A DNA stretch of 64,000 nt from Candidatus Parcubacteria bacterium (GTDB taxonomy: Bacteria > Patescibacteriota > Minisyncoccia > Phycocordibacterales > Phycocordibacteraceae): the NCBI GenBank assembly GCA_034666125.1, contig JAXDML010000007.1, forward strand, positions 5,270-69,269, in the 5' to 3' direction. The translations under genes were made by a program, and so were the position numbers. The notes beneath the pieces are model-generated. The model worked only from the letters and a program-made list of their open reading frames with translations. It did no database searches and was not told where the DNA came from. Below are positions 18,498-28,158 of this stretch, piece after piece (position 1 is the stretch's first letter; every line of letters begins with the position of its first letter).

Positions 18498-20291
18498 TTA
18501 CGCTTCCGTATCCGCTACGAAGCTTCCTGCCTGGATGCTCCAGAGCTTGTGATAGAGACCTCCCTTATGATCGAGAAGTTCGTCGTGCGTGCCTCCGGCA
18601 GCGATCCGGCCCTCCTCCATGACGACGATGCGGTCCATGTGCATGATCGTCGAGAGGCGGTGCGCGATGACCAGGACCGTCTTCCCTTCCATGAGCGCCT
18701 TCAGGGCCTCCTGAATGAGGGACTCGGACTCCGAATCGAGGCTCGACGTCGCCTCATCAAGGATGAGGATGGGCGCGTTCTTGAGGATAGCGCGGGCGAT
18801 GGCGACCCGCTGGCGCTCGCCGCCCGAAAGCTTCACGCCGCGTTCGCCGACATGCGTGTCGTAGCCCAGGGGGAACCCCGAGATGAAGTCGTGGCAACGA
18901 GCCTTCTTCGCGGCTTCGTAGACCTCCTCGTCGGTGGCTTCCAGCCGTCCGTACCGGATATTGTCCATGAGGCTTCGGTGGAACAGGATGGGTTCCTGCG
19001 GCACGAAAGCGATGGCCTCGCGGAGGCTGTCCTGCGTGACCTTCGCGATATCCTGCCCGTCGATCCCGATGCTGCCTTCAGTGACGTCATAGAGCCGCAA
19101 CAAGAGCTTCGTGACGGTCGACTTGCCGGCACCGGAGGGACCGACGAGCGCGACCTTCTCGCCCGCGTTGACGTCTAACGTGAAGCCCGAAAGAACGGGA
19201 TGCCCGCCGGTGAACGTGAATCCGACATCCTTCATGTCGATAGTGCCGGCCTTGACCGAGAGCGGCTTCGCTCCCGGCGCGTCCGCGATGCCATGCGGCT
19301 TCTGAAATACCTCGACCATCTCATACGCATCCGCGAAAGCTTCATAGATGCGGCGCATGCTGCTCCCGATGCCCCAGACACGATCGATGAGGCCGATGAC
19401 GTAGATCTGTATGAGCACGAAATCGCCGACCGTGATCAGGCCACGCTGCCAGAGAACGACCGCGGCCACGAGCAAGCCGACCTCGATGACCAGCTCGAAG
19501 AACGCCTGGAAACCGGCTATCCAGGCATCGGCATTCCAGGAACGCATCGTGGCCGCACGCCACCGCTCGACCGTCCTTCCGAAGATCGAATACTCGTGTT
19601 TCCTGGCCGCGAACAGGGTTACCGTGGACTGGTTCGAGACGGCGTCGGACAGCGCACCCATCATCCTGGTGTCCTCTTCGACGCGAGCGGTCCTGAGAGG
19701 TTGCTTCCAGCGCGCGAGCAGGACCTGCAAGGCGACGAAGACGATCGTCCAGACGAGGAGGATGGAACCCAGGAGCATGCTCCTTTGGAACAGCACGAAT
19801 ACGGCGCCGAAGGCGAACACGGTGGTGGAGAGGAAGTTGTACACGAGCGTGTCCAGGATCTGTTCGAACGCACGGGAATAGCGCCCGACCCGGCGGGTAA
19901 GCGCTCCGGCAAAATTGGACACGAAGAAATCGTAGCTATGGCCGAGAAGATACCGGAACGCATCGTTCGAGAGATCGGCCATGATCTTCATCTCGACGCG
20001 ATTGATGGAGAAGACCTGGATGCGGTTCCCGGCCCACTTGCCGAAATGCACGAGGGCGAACATCGCGATGATGCCCAGCAGTATCGACATGGTCGCCGTC
20101 GCGGGATCCTCGGACGCGAGGATATCGATAAGACGCTTGAGATACAGCGGCGCGATGATCGCCAGCAGTTCTATCACGAGGCCGCTCAGGAATACGATCC
20201 CGATGAGCCAGGGATACCTGCGCGCGGCTTTCGCGTACGCCCGTATGACCGGCCACACGCGTGCGACCTTCGTATTCCCTTCGGAAGGCAT
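18498..20291 (-). CDS. ABC exporter, fused permease/ATPase (MsbA/type I exporter-like)
   Basis: 6-TM N-terminal domain plus NBD with [23 protein letters not shown] and ILILDEATSSLD. Confidence 0.85.
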   Translation of the reverse strand: MPSEGNTKVARVWPVIRAYAKAARRYPWLIGIVFLSGLVIELLAIIAPLYLKRLIDILASEDPATATMSILLGIIAMFALVHFGKWAGNRIQVFSINRVEMKIMADLSNDAFRYLLGHSYDFFVSNFAGALTRRVGRYSRAFEQILDTLVYNFLSTTVFAFGAVFVLFQRSMLLGSILLVWTIVFVALQVLLARWKQPLRTARVEEDTRMMGALSDAVSNQSTVTLFAARKHEYSIFGRTVERWRAATMRSWNADAWIAGFQAFFELVIEVGLLVAAVVLWQRGLITVGDFVLIQIYVIGLIDRVWGIGSSMRRIYEAFADAYEMVEVFQKPHGIADAPGAKPLSVKAGTIDMKDVGFTFTGGHPVLSGFTLDVNAGEKVALVGPSGAGKSTVTKLLLRLYDVTEGSIGIDGQDIAKVTQDSLREAIAFVPQEPILFHRSLMDNIRYGRLEATDEEVYEAAKKARCHDFISGFPLGYDTHVGERGVKLSGGERQRVAIARAILKNAPILILDEATSSLDSESESLIQEALKALMEGKTVLVIAHRLSTIMHMDRIVVMEEGRIAAGGTHDELLDHKGGLYHKLWSIQAGSFVADTEA

Positions 20292-20377
20292 AAGTCGTTA
20301 TTATACAACGTTTCAGCTGTGCGTAAAAGAACGCGGCGCCCTCGGCGCCGCGTTCTTTTACGTCGTGCGAACGGAAC

Positions 20378-20797
20378 CTACACTCTCAGCGCTCTTCCCA
20401 ATGCCCACTTGCCGGGACCCGTGATCGCGAGCGACACGCAGGCGGCGAAGATGAGGATGATGAACTCGTAGCCGCCCTCCGCGATGAAGAAGCCGCTGGA
20501 CATGTGCACGGTGAGGAAGGCGATGAGCGCGACGAAGGCGAGGATCTTCGCCACCCAGTGCGTAAGCACCCCGAGGATGAGCAGGAGGCCGCCGCCGAGC
20601 TCCGCCGCGACCAGAAGCACGGCCATGAGCATCGGCGCCGGGAAGCCGAGGCCTCCGAGGAACGTTGCGACGCCATCGAGGCCGCCGCCGAGCTTCTGCC
20701 AGCCGTGCATCGCGAAGATGAGGCCGGTCGCGACGCGGAGGACGAGAGGCGCGATCCCTCCCATCTGGTCAGTGCATGTGCATTTCAATATGTTCAT
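20378..20797 (-). CDS. DoxX-family membrane protein
   Basis: Four TM helices with a Gly-rich motif pattern typical of DoxX. The start is uncertain (M1 at 20797 or M12 at 20764). Confidence 0.6.
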   Translation of the reverse strand: MNILKCTCTDQMGGIAPLVLRVATGLIFAMHGWQKLGGGLDGVATFLGGLGFPAPMLMAVLLVAAELGGGLLLILGVLTHWVAKILAFVALIAFLTVHMSSGFFIAEGGYEFIILIFAACVSLAITGPGKWALGRALRV

Positions 20798-20884
20798 ATC
20801 GTTCTATTAGGGTATGCCCCCATTGTACCCCATACGGAGGCACGGCCGCGGGAAGATTTCCCGCGGCCGTGCTGCTTCTGCTAT

Positions 20885-21952
20885 TTAGATGACCGAAAGG
20901 ATCCGGGCCCTCGTGAGCGGGCCGAAGTAGCCGCTTGCGGGGCTGATGCCTGCCTTCGTCTGGTACTCGACCAGTGCACGCTGCGTGACCGGGCCGAAGT
21001 AGCCCGTCGCGCCTGCATCGAGAAGCGCCTTGGCTGCGGTACCGCTCTCTTCGGCTATCAGGAATGCCTGGAGAGAGGAGACGTCGCTTCCCCGCGATCC
21101 GAGCGTGAGGTCGCGCGCGAACGGCGTGCTGCCGGAGGGGACCGTTCCGGCGGCGACTATCGCGGGCGTGCCGAGCTCCTGCTCTATATCCTTGGTGAGC
21201 TTAACGCCCGCCGCGCGCGCCGCTATAAGGACGCTGCGATTGGCGGTGATGATATCCTCCGCGTCATCGTCATCGGCGTCCTTGATGATCTGTACGAGCG
21301 CTTCGCCGCGTTCTTTCGTAGTGAATTCGCGCGTCAGACGGGGGTACGGATCGGTCGCCTCCCGGCCGTCGCGTACCTCGAAGTGGAGGTGCGTCGCGCC
21401 GCCGGACGCGTTCCCGGTATTGCCAACCAGACCGATAAGATCGCCCGGCTTGAGCACGTCGCCGCGCTTCACCTCGATCTCGTCCAGGTGCATGTACGCG
21501 AATCGTTCGCCGCCCGGGTTCGCGGTATAGACGTACTTGCCTGCACTCGAACCGCTGCCGGTGCTCGTCACGACGGCGTCGGTCGGCGAGACGACGTACG
21601 CGCCTCTCGGAGCCATGATGTCGAGTCCTTCGTGAGAACGGCTGCCGCCGTCGCGGGGATCGGCGAAGTTCTTGGTGAGGTTCCGGAGTGCGATTCCCGT
21701 GAGTATCGGTATCGGCATCTTCTCGACCTTGTCGTCATCGAGGTCCTGTATCTTGCGGCTGTCGCTTGAGGAAACGCGTCCGTAGCCGTAATCGCTCGAG
21801 CCGCGCGTACCTGCGCGTGCAAGAAGCTCGCCATATGAGCTAGTATTGGCGGATGAGCTTGGTTCTGCCGCGCGGATAGGCGACGGGACGGAACCGAGCA
21901 CGAGAACGAGTGCAAAAGAAAAGCCTCCTGCACGGATGAGGTTTGACTTCAT
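20885..21952 (-). CDS. M23 (LytM-type) peptidase with C-terminal peptidoglycan-binding repeats
   Basis: Signal peptide; HxxxD (SHEGLDI) and HxH (THLHFEV) motifs; C-terminal GYFGPVTQRALVEYQ PG_binding_1-like repeats. Confidence 0.8.
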   Translation of the reverse strand: MKSNLIRAGGFSFALVLVLGSVPSPIRAAEPSSSANTSSYGELLARAGTRGSSDYGYGRVSSSDSRKIQDLDDDKVEKMPIPILTGIALRNLTKNFADPRDGGSRSHEGLDIMAPRGAYVVSPTDAVVTSTGSGSSAGKYVYTANPGGERFAYMHLDEIEVKRGDVLKPGDLIGLVGNTGNASGGATHLHFEVRDGREATDPYPRLTREFTTKERGEALVQIIKDADDDDAEDIITANRSVLIAARAAGVKLTKDIEQELGTPAIVAAGTVPSGSTPFARDLTLGSRGSDVSSLQAFLIAEESGTAAKALLDAGATGYFGPVTQRALVEYQTKAGISPASGYFGPLTRARILSVI

Positions 21953-22093
21953 GAAGTAATGGTTACTGGTCTTACGTAATATAGACGATGAGGAGACTTA
22001 TTTCTTAGCGCGTGTGCGGTCGTCATGAAAAAGTATACCGTACGGATCGTGACGGCTTCCTGAAGTACTTATAAAAGCAAACTCGAGACCGGA

Positions 22094-22549
22094 TTACGCG
22101 TTCGCTACTTGCTTAGACATGGCGAAGACGCGGTATCCGGCGAACGCGCCATCGCGATAGCGCGGGGTGACGCAGCTCTCGATGAGACGTTCTCCTCCGT
22201 CACGAAGCGGGAGCACCACGTCCGACAGTTGGTAGGTCCTCTCGGACCCGCTGCTCGGCGTTTCCCGCTCCGGCGCGTCGCGCAGGAGCGGGAACAGTTC
22301 GGTGATCGGACGTCCGATAAGGTACTCCCGGTCGTAGCCGAGCACGCTCTCGGTATCGCCGGACATGGATGTCACGCAGGCGTTAGCGTCGCTTTCGACC
22401 AACGCGTACGGGTGGATGTCCGAGAGCCCCCAAGTTGTCAGGTTCCCGCATCGCCGGCATTTCACTTCGACGATGCACTGGCAAAGCAGCCCCTTGAAGA
22501 GGAGCTTCCCGCACGTACATCGGCATTCGGTAAGTAGGTTGGAACTCAT
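22094..22549 (-). CDS. zf-Com (Mu Com-like zinc finger) fused to a PAS-like domain
   Basis: Started at MSSNLLTECRCTCGKLLFKGLLCQCIVEVKCRRCGN (ATG 22547-22549), which matches the Com CxxC...CxRCG pattern. The downstream roughly 110 aa is PAS-like. Confidence 0.5.
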   Translation of the reverse strand: MSSNLLTECRCTCGKLLFKGLLCQCIVEVKCRRCGNLTTWGLSDIHPYALVESDANACVTSMSGDTESVLGYDREYLIGRPITELFPLLRDAPERETPSSGSERTYQLSDVVLPLRDGGERLIESCVTPRYRDGAFAGYRVFAMSKQVANA

Positions 22550-22652
22550 AGTTCTCAAAGCGATCGAACCTGGCTTATGGGGAAAGTATAGGAAAAGGGG
22601 TCTCAAGATTTCCTTAAGATTTTCGAAAGAATTTCTTAAGTGGGGATAACCT

Positions 22653-24026
22653 TCAGACGTTCAAGGCTTCAAGGAAGCCGGTACTTTTGCGTTGTTCGCG
22701 GAGCGCTTTCGTGGCGATCGCCTCGTTCCGCCCTATGAACTCACGAAGCGGCTCGGGATGCTCTATGGACGCGAGCAAGCCGAGCACCCGTTCCGAAAGG
22801 CCCGTATGCAGAAGCACGGATTCGCAGAGCGGCACGAGGGCCTCGAACCAGAACAGACGTTCAAGTTCCGGCATATCACGTACGAGATCCAGGTCCGTGC
22901 GCTCCGGATACGCGTCCTTCCACGCCTTCAGAAGTAGCGCGACCGCAGTCGATATATGTCCGCGCGCTAGGTCCTCCTTCCAGTCATGCGCGTCGTCGTT
23001 CAGCTGCATGGCAATGAGGTAATGCTTGAAGTAGTCGATCAGTCCTTCGGCCTCTGCGGAATCGGGCGCGTAGCCGAGCTCCACGAGCATCGCCACGGGT
23101 CCGAGCACATGCCCGGCGGCCGGATAGAACTTGATCGTATAGTCGCCGTAGTCCGGCAACTGTTCTGGAACAGTAATGATGCTGCCGTCGCGCTCTAGGC
23201 GGCATGAGAGCATCTCCCACTCGTTCGCCGCGTCGAGCTTGTCCATGAGTCCGTGGAAGAAGGCGGCGAAGCCGCTCTCGTGCGGCAGGAGCGTTTCGAA
23301 AAACCGGACGTAGTGGCGTGTGAAGAGGTTCGCGACGGGCAGGAGCCTCGGTTCGGCAGCCTCGTCCTCATCCCAGAAATCGTCGTAGATGATGAACGCG
23401 GTCCAGAAGAACACGTTCGCGAGTCCGAACTCGGCCAGGTGGTCGTCGCTAAACCGATTCCCCTTCTCTCCGAGCGCGTCACGCATATAAAGCGTCATCA
23501 GGGACATCTGCTTATCGGGATTGCCGCGCATGGTCCGCTCGATCACCTCGAGCGCATTCTCGGCGAAGGCATCGGGAAGATCGGCGAAGCGTGCCCCTGC
23601 CGCGCGGCGCAGGGCGTCGAGTACCGCGGTCTCATGCGCGTCGAAGCTCGGTCCGGACGTTCCTTCAGGAGCCGGAGCTTCACGTAAACGGCGGTCCTGC
23701 TCGAGCAGCGCGGCAAGGGTCGGGTCATCGAGGACGGCGGAACGTGCGGCTCCTGCGGCAATGCGTTCATCGATAAAGGCATCGAGATTCGGGAGCCGGA
23801 CTCCATGCAGGCCGAGGAAGACGGCGACGGCGGCATTGAGGCCGAGATCCGGGTCGCCGTGCGTGCCGCCGGGAGTAAGGGCGTACGGACCGCCCGCCTC
23901 AACCTCATGACCGACCAGGCGGTTCAGGGTACGCGCAAGCAGCGCGCCGTCCGCGACGAGCTCGTCGCGGGGCGAAGCGATGCATGAAAGGAGTTCCGTA
24001 AGAAGCGGGGGTGCGTGATTCCGCAT
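22653..24026 (-). CDS. class-I isoprenoid-synthase-fold protein (terpene synthase/prenyl-diphosphate synthase-like), with an N-terminal ~200-aa extension
   Basis: Asp-rich motif IIYDDFWDEDE (res 213-222) and a second motif MQLNDDAHDWKED (res 340-352) about 128 aa later. This spacing is typical of FARM/SARM or DDxxD/NSE. Confidence 0.35.
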   Translation of the reverse strand: MRNHAPPLLTELLSCIASPRDELVADGALLARTLNRLVGHEVEAGGPYALTPGGTHGDPDLGLNAAVAVFLGLHGVRLPNLDAFIDERIAAGAARSAVLDDPTLAALLEQDRRLREAPAPEGTSGPSFDAHETAVLDALRRAAGARFADLPDAFAENALEVIERTMRGNPDKQMSLMTLYMRDALGEKGNRFSDDHLAEFGLANVFFWTAFIIYDDFWDEDEAAEPRLLPVANLFTRHYVRFFETLLPHESGFAAFFHGLMDKLDAANEWEMLSCRLERDGSIITVPEQLPDYGDYTIKFYPAAGHVLGPVAMLVELGYAPDSAEAEGLIDYFKHYLIAMQLNDDAHDWKEDLARGHISTAVALLLKAWKDAYPERTDLDLVRDMPELERLFWFEALVPLCESVLLHTGLSERVLGLLASIEHPEPLREFIGRNEAIATKALREQRKSTGFLEALNV

Positions 24027-24062
24027 GGTCGTCGGCGCGTACGCGCCGGAAGCGATCGGAAC

Positions 24063-25472
24063 TCAGAGTTCTCGTACCGGTAAGTATACCGTGAAGGCGG
24101 AGCCTTGCCCGACACGGCTCTCCACGGTGAGCGTCCCGCCGAAGTCCTTCTCCGTGATGCGCTTCGCGAGCGACAGCCCGATGCCGATGCCCTTCGACGC
24201 GGCCTTGGTGGTGAAGAACGGCTCGAATATGTTCGCGAGGTTCTCTTCCGGGATGCCGGAGCCCCGGTCGCGCACGCTGACGCGTACGCCGGATGCATCG
24301 CCCCGGATCGTTATCACGACTTCGCGCCCGTCCGCCTTCTCCGTAATTCCGAGAGGATACGATTGCACGGCGTTCGAGATGAGATTCGTCACGACCTGCG
24401 TGAACGCGGTCGAGTCGCCGTAGGTCATGACGGCATCCGGTCCCGCATCGAGCGAAAGCCGCACGCCCTGCGTCCGCGCATATGAGGAGAGTATATGGAT
24501 GGCGTTCTCAAGGAGGTCGCGTACCGAGAAGACTTCCTCGCTTTTTTCATGACTGAGGTGCCGTCGCATGGATTCCATGAGCTTCTGCATATGCGCGGCG
24601 GCACGCTTCGCCCGACCGATGTCCTCGGAGAGCGCGGTGCGCGTGCCCGGTGCGTCCGCGATGCGGTCGATATTGAGTGAGAGCGCGGCGAGCGGGTTCA
24701 TGAGGTCGTGGAAGATGCCGCCGGCAAGCCGTCCGAACTCCACGAAATGATACGCCTGGCTCATCTTCTCCATCTCCGCCTGCCGCAGCTCGCGCGTACG
24801 CTCCTCGACCCGCACCTCGAGCGTATCGCGTTCCTGCTTCAGCTCGGCTTCGGACCTACGGGCTCGCCTGAGCGATTTCTCTATCTCGCGATTCGAGAGC
24901 CAGGAGACAGTGGCGACGATCAGGTAGATGATGACGATCATCACGACGTCGCTCCAGGTCCATAGGCTGTTCTTCCAATACGCGTTTATCGGAACGATTC
25001 CCGCGTACTGCAGGTACCCCGTCAGGATCATGGTCGCGGCGATGAGCACCGTGGCGAAGAAGGCGACGCGGGTGCTGATGAGGACCCCGGCCATCACGAT
25101 GACGAGCGGGTAGAAGACGATCTGCGCCGGTACGTCGACGCCCCAGGTGTAGCCCATGTACGCGGTAAGCGCGAAGAATGTGCCTAGCAGCACATAGGAC
25201 GCAAGCGTCACATGCTTCCTTCGCGAGAGGCCGTAGAGGAACAGGAAGAAGGCGAAAAGACCGTAGATCACCGCAGAATGGAGCGAGTTCGCCGCATAGG
25301 ACACCGGATCGGCAAAGAGACGGTCGGCGATATCGATACATACGGCGGCGAAAAGCAGCGCGAGCGCGCCGAGCAGGAGCACGTTCAGTATGAATTCCCG
25401 ACGCGCCATGTCCTCATTGCGGGACTTGGGGAACGTGAATTTGTTAAAAAATAAGGGAAGAGGGTTCGACAT
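24063..25472 (-). CDS. sensor histidine kinase
   Basis: N-terminal TM helices, then an H-box IFHDLMNPLAA and HATPase_c (LISNAVQSYP...DRGSGIPEE...GIGIGLSLAK). The start may be the internal MARREF. Confidence 0.85.
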   Translation of the reverse strand: MSNPLPLFFNKFTFPKSRNEDMARREFILNVLLLGALALLFAAVCIDIADRLFADPVSYAANSLHSAVIYGLFAFFLFLYGLSRRKHVTLASYVLLGTFFALTAYMGYTWGVDVPAQIVFYPLVIVMAGVLISTRVAFFATVLIAATMILTGYLQYAGIVPINAYWKNSLWTWSDVVMIVIIYLIVATVSWLSNREIEKSLRRARRSEAELKQERDTLEVRVEERTRELRQAEMEKMSQAYHFVEFGRLAGGIFHDLMNPLAALSLNIDRIADAPGTRTALSEDIGRAKRAAAHMQKLMESMRRHLSHEKSEEVFSVRDLLENAIHILSSYARTQGVRLSLDAGPDAVMTYGDSTAFTQVVTNLISNAVQSYPLGITEKADGREVVITIRGDASGVRVSVRDRGSGIPEENLANIFEPFFTTKAASKGIGIGLSLAKRITEKDFGGTLTVESRVGQGSAFTVYLPVREL

Positions 25473-25679
25473 GTCCTGCAGTATCGGGCGTCGATGCGCC
25501 TCAAAAAACGCTTAGGCTAAGCTCCGTTCCAAGGGCCCCCCACGCTCACTGACGTAACCAGGAGCGCGGCGAGCGCGGCATTGTTCCTGGCGGCCTTGTC
25601 GGTCAGGAATCTCGAAATGACGTCTATCATATGCGCATATGTGATTGTCTCGTAATGGTCGACCAGTCTCAGTATATCG

Positions 25680-26336
25680 CTAGTCGACCACATACCCCCG
25701 GCCGTGCATCGTACGGATCGGGTCCGGTTCCCCGAGCTTTTTCCGCAGGTTCGCCATGTGGGTATCGAGCGCATTCGAGAACGAATCGCTCGAAGCGTCC
25801 CATGCATGCTCGATGAGACGGCTCTTGGGGACGACCGTTCCGCGATGCCGCATGAGGTAGCTGAGAAGCATGAACTCCTTCCGGGTAAGGGCGAGCGGTT
25901 CCCCCTCACGCGTCACGACCTGCCTCCCGGTATCGAGGGTCAGGTTCCCCGTCGAAAGCACGTCATGGGTGAGTTCGTGCGGACGCCGCAACAGCGCCCG
26001 CATGCGCGCGACCAACTCCTCGAAGGAGAACGGCTTCGCGAGGTAGTCGTCGGCGCCCGCGGAAAGCAGGCGGACCTTCGAATCGGCGTCCCCGACGACC
26101 GTGAGCATGAGTATGGGCGGGACGCGCGTATCCGTCTGAAGTTCAGCGACCACCGCCTCGCCCGGCATGTCCGGAAGGTTAAGGTCCAGCAAGAGCAGAT
26201 CGTATTCGTTAGTGCGCGCAAGGCCGAGACCGTCCGCGCCCGTTCCCGCGCCGTCCACGACGAACCCGCGAGCCGGCAAGTGGGCCCGGAGGAAGCCGAG
26301 CATCTCCGGGTCGTCCTCTATGATCAGGATCCTCAT
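25680..26336 (-). CDS. OmpR-family response regulator
   Basis: Receiver domain (DDP...LLLLDLNLPDMPG...K) plus a winged-helix output (LTRKEFMLLSYLMRHRGTVV...MHGRGYVV). Confidence 0.9.
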   Translation of the reverse strand: MRILIIEDDPEMLGFLRAHLPARGFVVDGAGTGADGLGLARTNEYDLLLLDLNLPDMPGEAVVAELQTDTRVPPILMLTVVGDADSKVRLLSAGADDYLAKPFSFEELVARMRALLRRPHELTHDVLSTGNLTLDTGRQVVTREGEPLALTRKEFMLLSYLMRHRGTVVPKSRLIEHAWDASSDSFSNALDTHMANLRKKLGEPDPIRTMHGRGYVVD

Positions 26337-26371
26337 GTCTTTTCAGTATATCGGTACGATGAAAAAGCCGC

Positions 26372-26878
26372 TTACGCCTTCTGGGTGACGCGGTCGAAGG
26401 CGACCTTGAACCAGTACGTATAGTCCTCCGGATGCTCCTTCATGTCCCTGCGCAGTTCCGGTATGTCCATCCATACCCAGTCGTCCACTTCTTCCGGGTT
26501 CGGGGCGGGCAGATCATCCGACCTGCCCACGAACACGTGGTCGTATTCATGCTCGATCAGGCCGTTCGGGAACGGCGCGCGGTATATGAAGGCATGCGTC
26601 TCGCGGAGGTCGCAATCGATGCCCATCTCTTCCCTGAGGCGCCGGTGCGCCGCCGCTTCCACGGGCTCCCCCGGCCGCGGATGGCTGCAGCAGGCGTTCG
26701 ACCAAAGACCTCCGGAATGGTATTTACCCGCGGCACGGCGCTGCAGGAGCATGCGTCCGTCCGAATGGAAGATGAAGACGGAGAAAGCGCGATGGAGCCG
26801 GCCCTGCGCGTGCGCGGCAAGCTTCTCCATCGTGCCGATCTGCGTATCGTGTTCGTCGACGAGGATGACGTCGTCCAT
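26372..26878 (-). CDS. idi: isopentenyl-diphosphate delta-isomerase, type 1 (NUDIX fold)
   Basis: Clear similarity to E. coli Idi: RRAAGKYHSGGLWSNACCSHPRPGE versus [25 protein letters not shown], and HRAFSVF versus HLAFSSW. Confidence 0.85.
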   Translation of the reverse strand: MDDVILVDEHDTQIGTMEKLAAHAQGRLHRAFSVFIFHSDGRMLLQRRAAGKYHSGGLWSNACCSHPRPGEPVEAAAHRRLREEMGIDCDLRETHAFIYRAPFPNGLIEHEYDHVFVGRSDDLPAPNPEEVDDWVWMDIPELRRDMKEHPEDYTYWFKVAFDRVTQKA

Positions 26879-26988
26879 AGCAAGTGCGTGACTGCTAATG
26901 AACGAACGTCGGGCGCTTCGCCGATCACGGGATCGGGTTCCTGTTCAGGATAGCACCGCTATTTCCGCATTCGCGGGGTTGTCCGCCC

Positions 26989-27156
26989 TCACCCAAGCTC
27001 GCTAAACCATTCCTTCCAGACCGGCTCGATGCCGACACCATCCCCTCCGGCCTGGAGGGTATCCCCGGCAACCAGGTCCCGTAACTGCTTTTCGTCGGGC
27101 GATTTAGAGGTGAGCCAATAGGGACAGGAGCATCCCAAATTAGTCTGGACTTTCAT
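26989..27156 (-). CDS. 55-aa hypothetical protein MKVQTNLGCSCPYWLTSKSPDEKQLRDLVAGDTLQAGGDGVGIEPVWKEWFSELG
   Basis: Below the ORF-track cutoff. Strong RBS AAAGGAGATCCTT before the ATG; located in an AT-rich islet. Confidence 0.4.
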   Translation of the reverse strand: MKVQTNLGCSCPYWLTSKSPDEKQLRDLVAGDTLQAGGDGVGIEPVWKEWFSELG

Positions 27157-27182
27157 AAGGATCTCCTTTCGCCTTAGATACT

Positions 27183-27857
27183 CTAATAACGGAAAGAAGA
27201 CATGCCCTTCTCATACATCTTAATTTCACCAGTCTCCGGATCTTGCACGACGCTCTCGGCCTTAGTCTTTTGCGAGCCGGGACAGATAGGTTCATCGAGT
27301 GAATAGACCGGTGCCAAGCCACGTCCGGAATAGAGGAGGGTCTTATATAGATACCCGAGGAAGGAGCCGGTAAAGCGGTAGCGCCGAATGCATCCGGCTA
27401 TCTGTTCCTCGAGCCGATCACTATTATACTTCCAGCGCGAAAGCATTGGGTACCGTTCGATCCACTCATCAACCGAGTACCGGATTAAAATGAGGGCTTC
27501 TTGCATAGCAAGAATATTTCCCCTTTGCGCCAACCGAACAAGGCGGATACTGATTCGATCTCGCAGATCTTCATCCTGGCGATTTTGCGGAGCGATAAAG
27601 ATGTAAAGATTGGATCTATGCCGAGAAAGTATTTTTTCCAACTCTTCGCTATTTTCATACGATCGACCTTTCTTTCTGCGTCCAACCCAACGTTTACTAA
27701 ACTCAAGATCAAGGTGACGAGTAATAGCATCCCAGTCTATCTCGCCGGTAACGGTACGGAGATTGCGGCGAGCGAAGTGGTATACGCGCGGCGTATGCCG
27801 AAATACCCAGGTGCCAGTGAAGGTTTGCGGCCTCTGCTTTTCTAGTTCGGACGACAA
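27183..27857 (-). CDS. hypothetical protein (AT-rich gene)
   Basis: 224-aa ORF whose GC is markedly lower than its neighbours. No motif recognised. Confidence 0.5.
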   Translation of the reverse strand: MSSELEKQRPQTFTGTWVFRHTPRVYHFARRNLRTVTGEIDWDAITRHLDLEFSKRWVGRRKKGRSYENSEELEKILSRHRSNLYIFIAPQNRQDEDLRDRISIRLVRLAQRGNILAMQEALILIRYSVDEWIERYPMLSRWKYNSDRLEEQIAGCIRRYRFTGSFLGYLYKTLLYSGRGLAPVYSLDEPICPGSQKTKAESVVQDPETGEIKMYEKGMSSFRY

Positions 27858-28087
27858 GAGTTTTGTTGCTTCTCGGAGGTTCAGTAGAGAAATTATAAAT
27901 CCTGCTTTTAAAGAGTCACTGCGCCTCCATGAACGTCCTCTACTGCTGGAAGATTAGGAAATGAACCTTCAAACACAAACGACGCTCTCGAGCGCCGTTT
28001 GTGTTTTAGGACCCCTGTCGGTACTGAACCGCCTTTTGCCGCTTTTGACGGCTGTCGGTCTGGCTACCTGAGTGTCGTCCGAGCTTG

Positions 28088-28158
28088 TTGCGGGGGCCGG
28101 AATCGAACCGGCGTCTGGAGGTTATGAGCCTCCCGAGGTACCTCTCCTCTACCCCGCT
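28088..28158 (-). tRNA. initiator tRNA-fMet (CAU)
   Basis: Reverse complement agcggggtagaggagaggtacctcgggaggctcataacctccagacgccggttcgattccggcccccgcaa. The T-arm and acceptor are near-identical to E. coli tRNAfMet (…GGTTCGATTCCGGCCCCCGCAAC). Position 1:72 is unpaired (A·A), A11:U24 is present, and the anticodon stem has G-C pairs. Confidence 0.8.

Noticed and set aside
25517-25909. ORF 25517..25909(-) downstream of and overlapping the response regulator
   Set aside because: It overlaps the RR in a different frame. Its tail (MIDVISRFLTDKAARNNAALAALLVTSV...) could hide a tiny ORF in the 200-bp RR-HK spacer, but there is no RBS or support.
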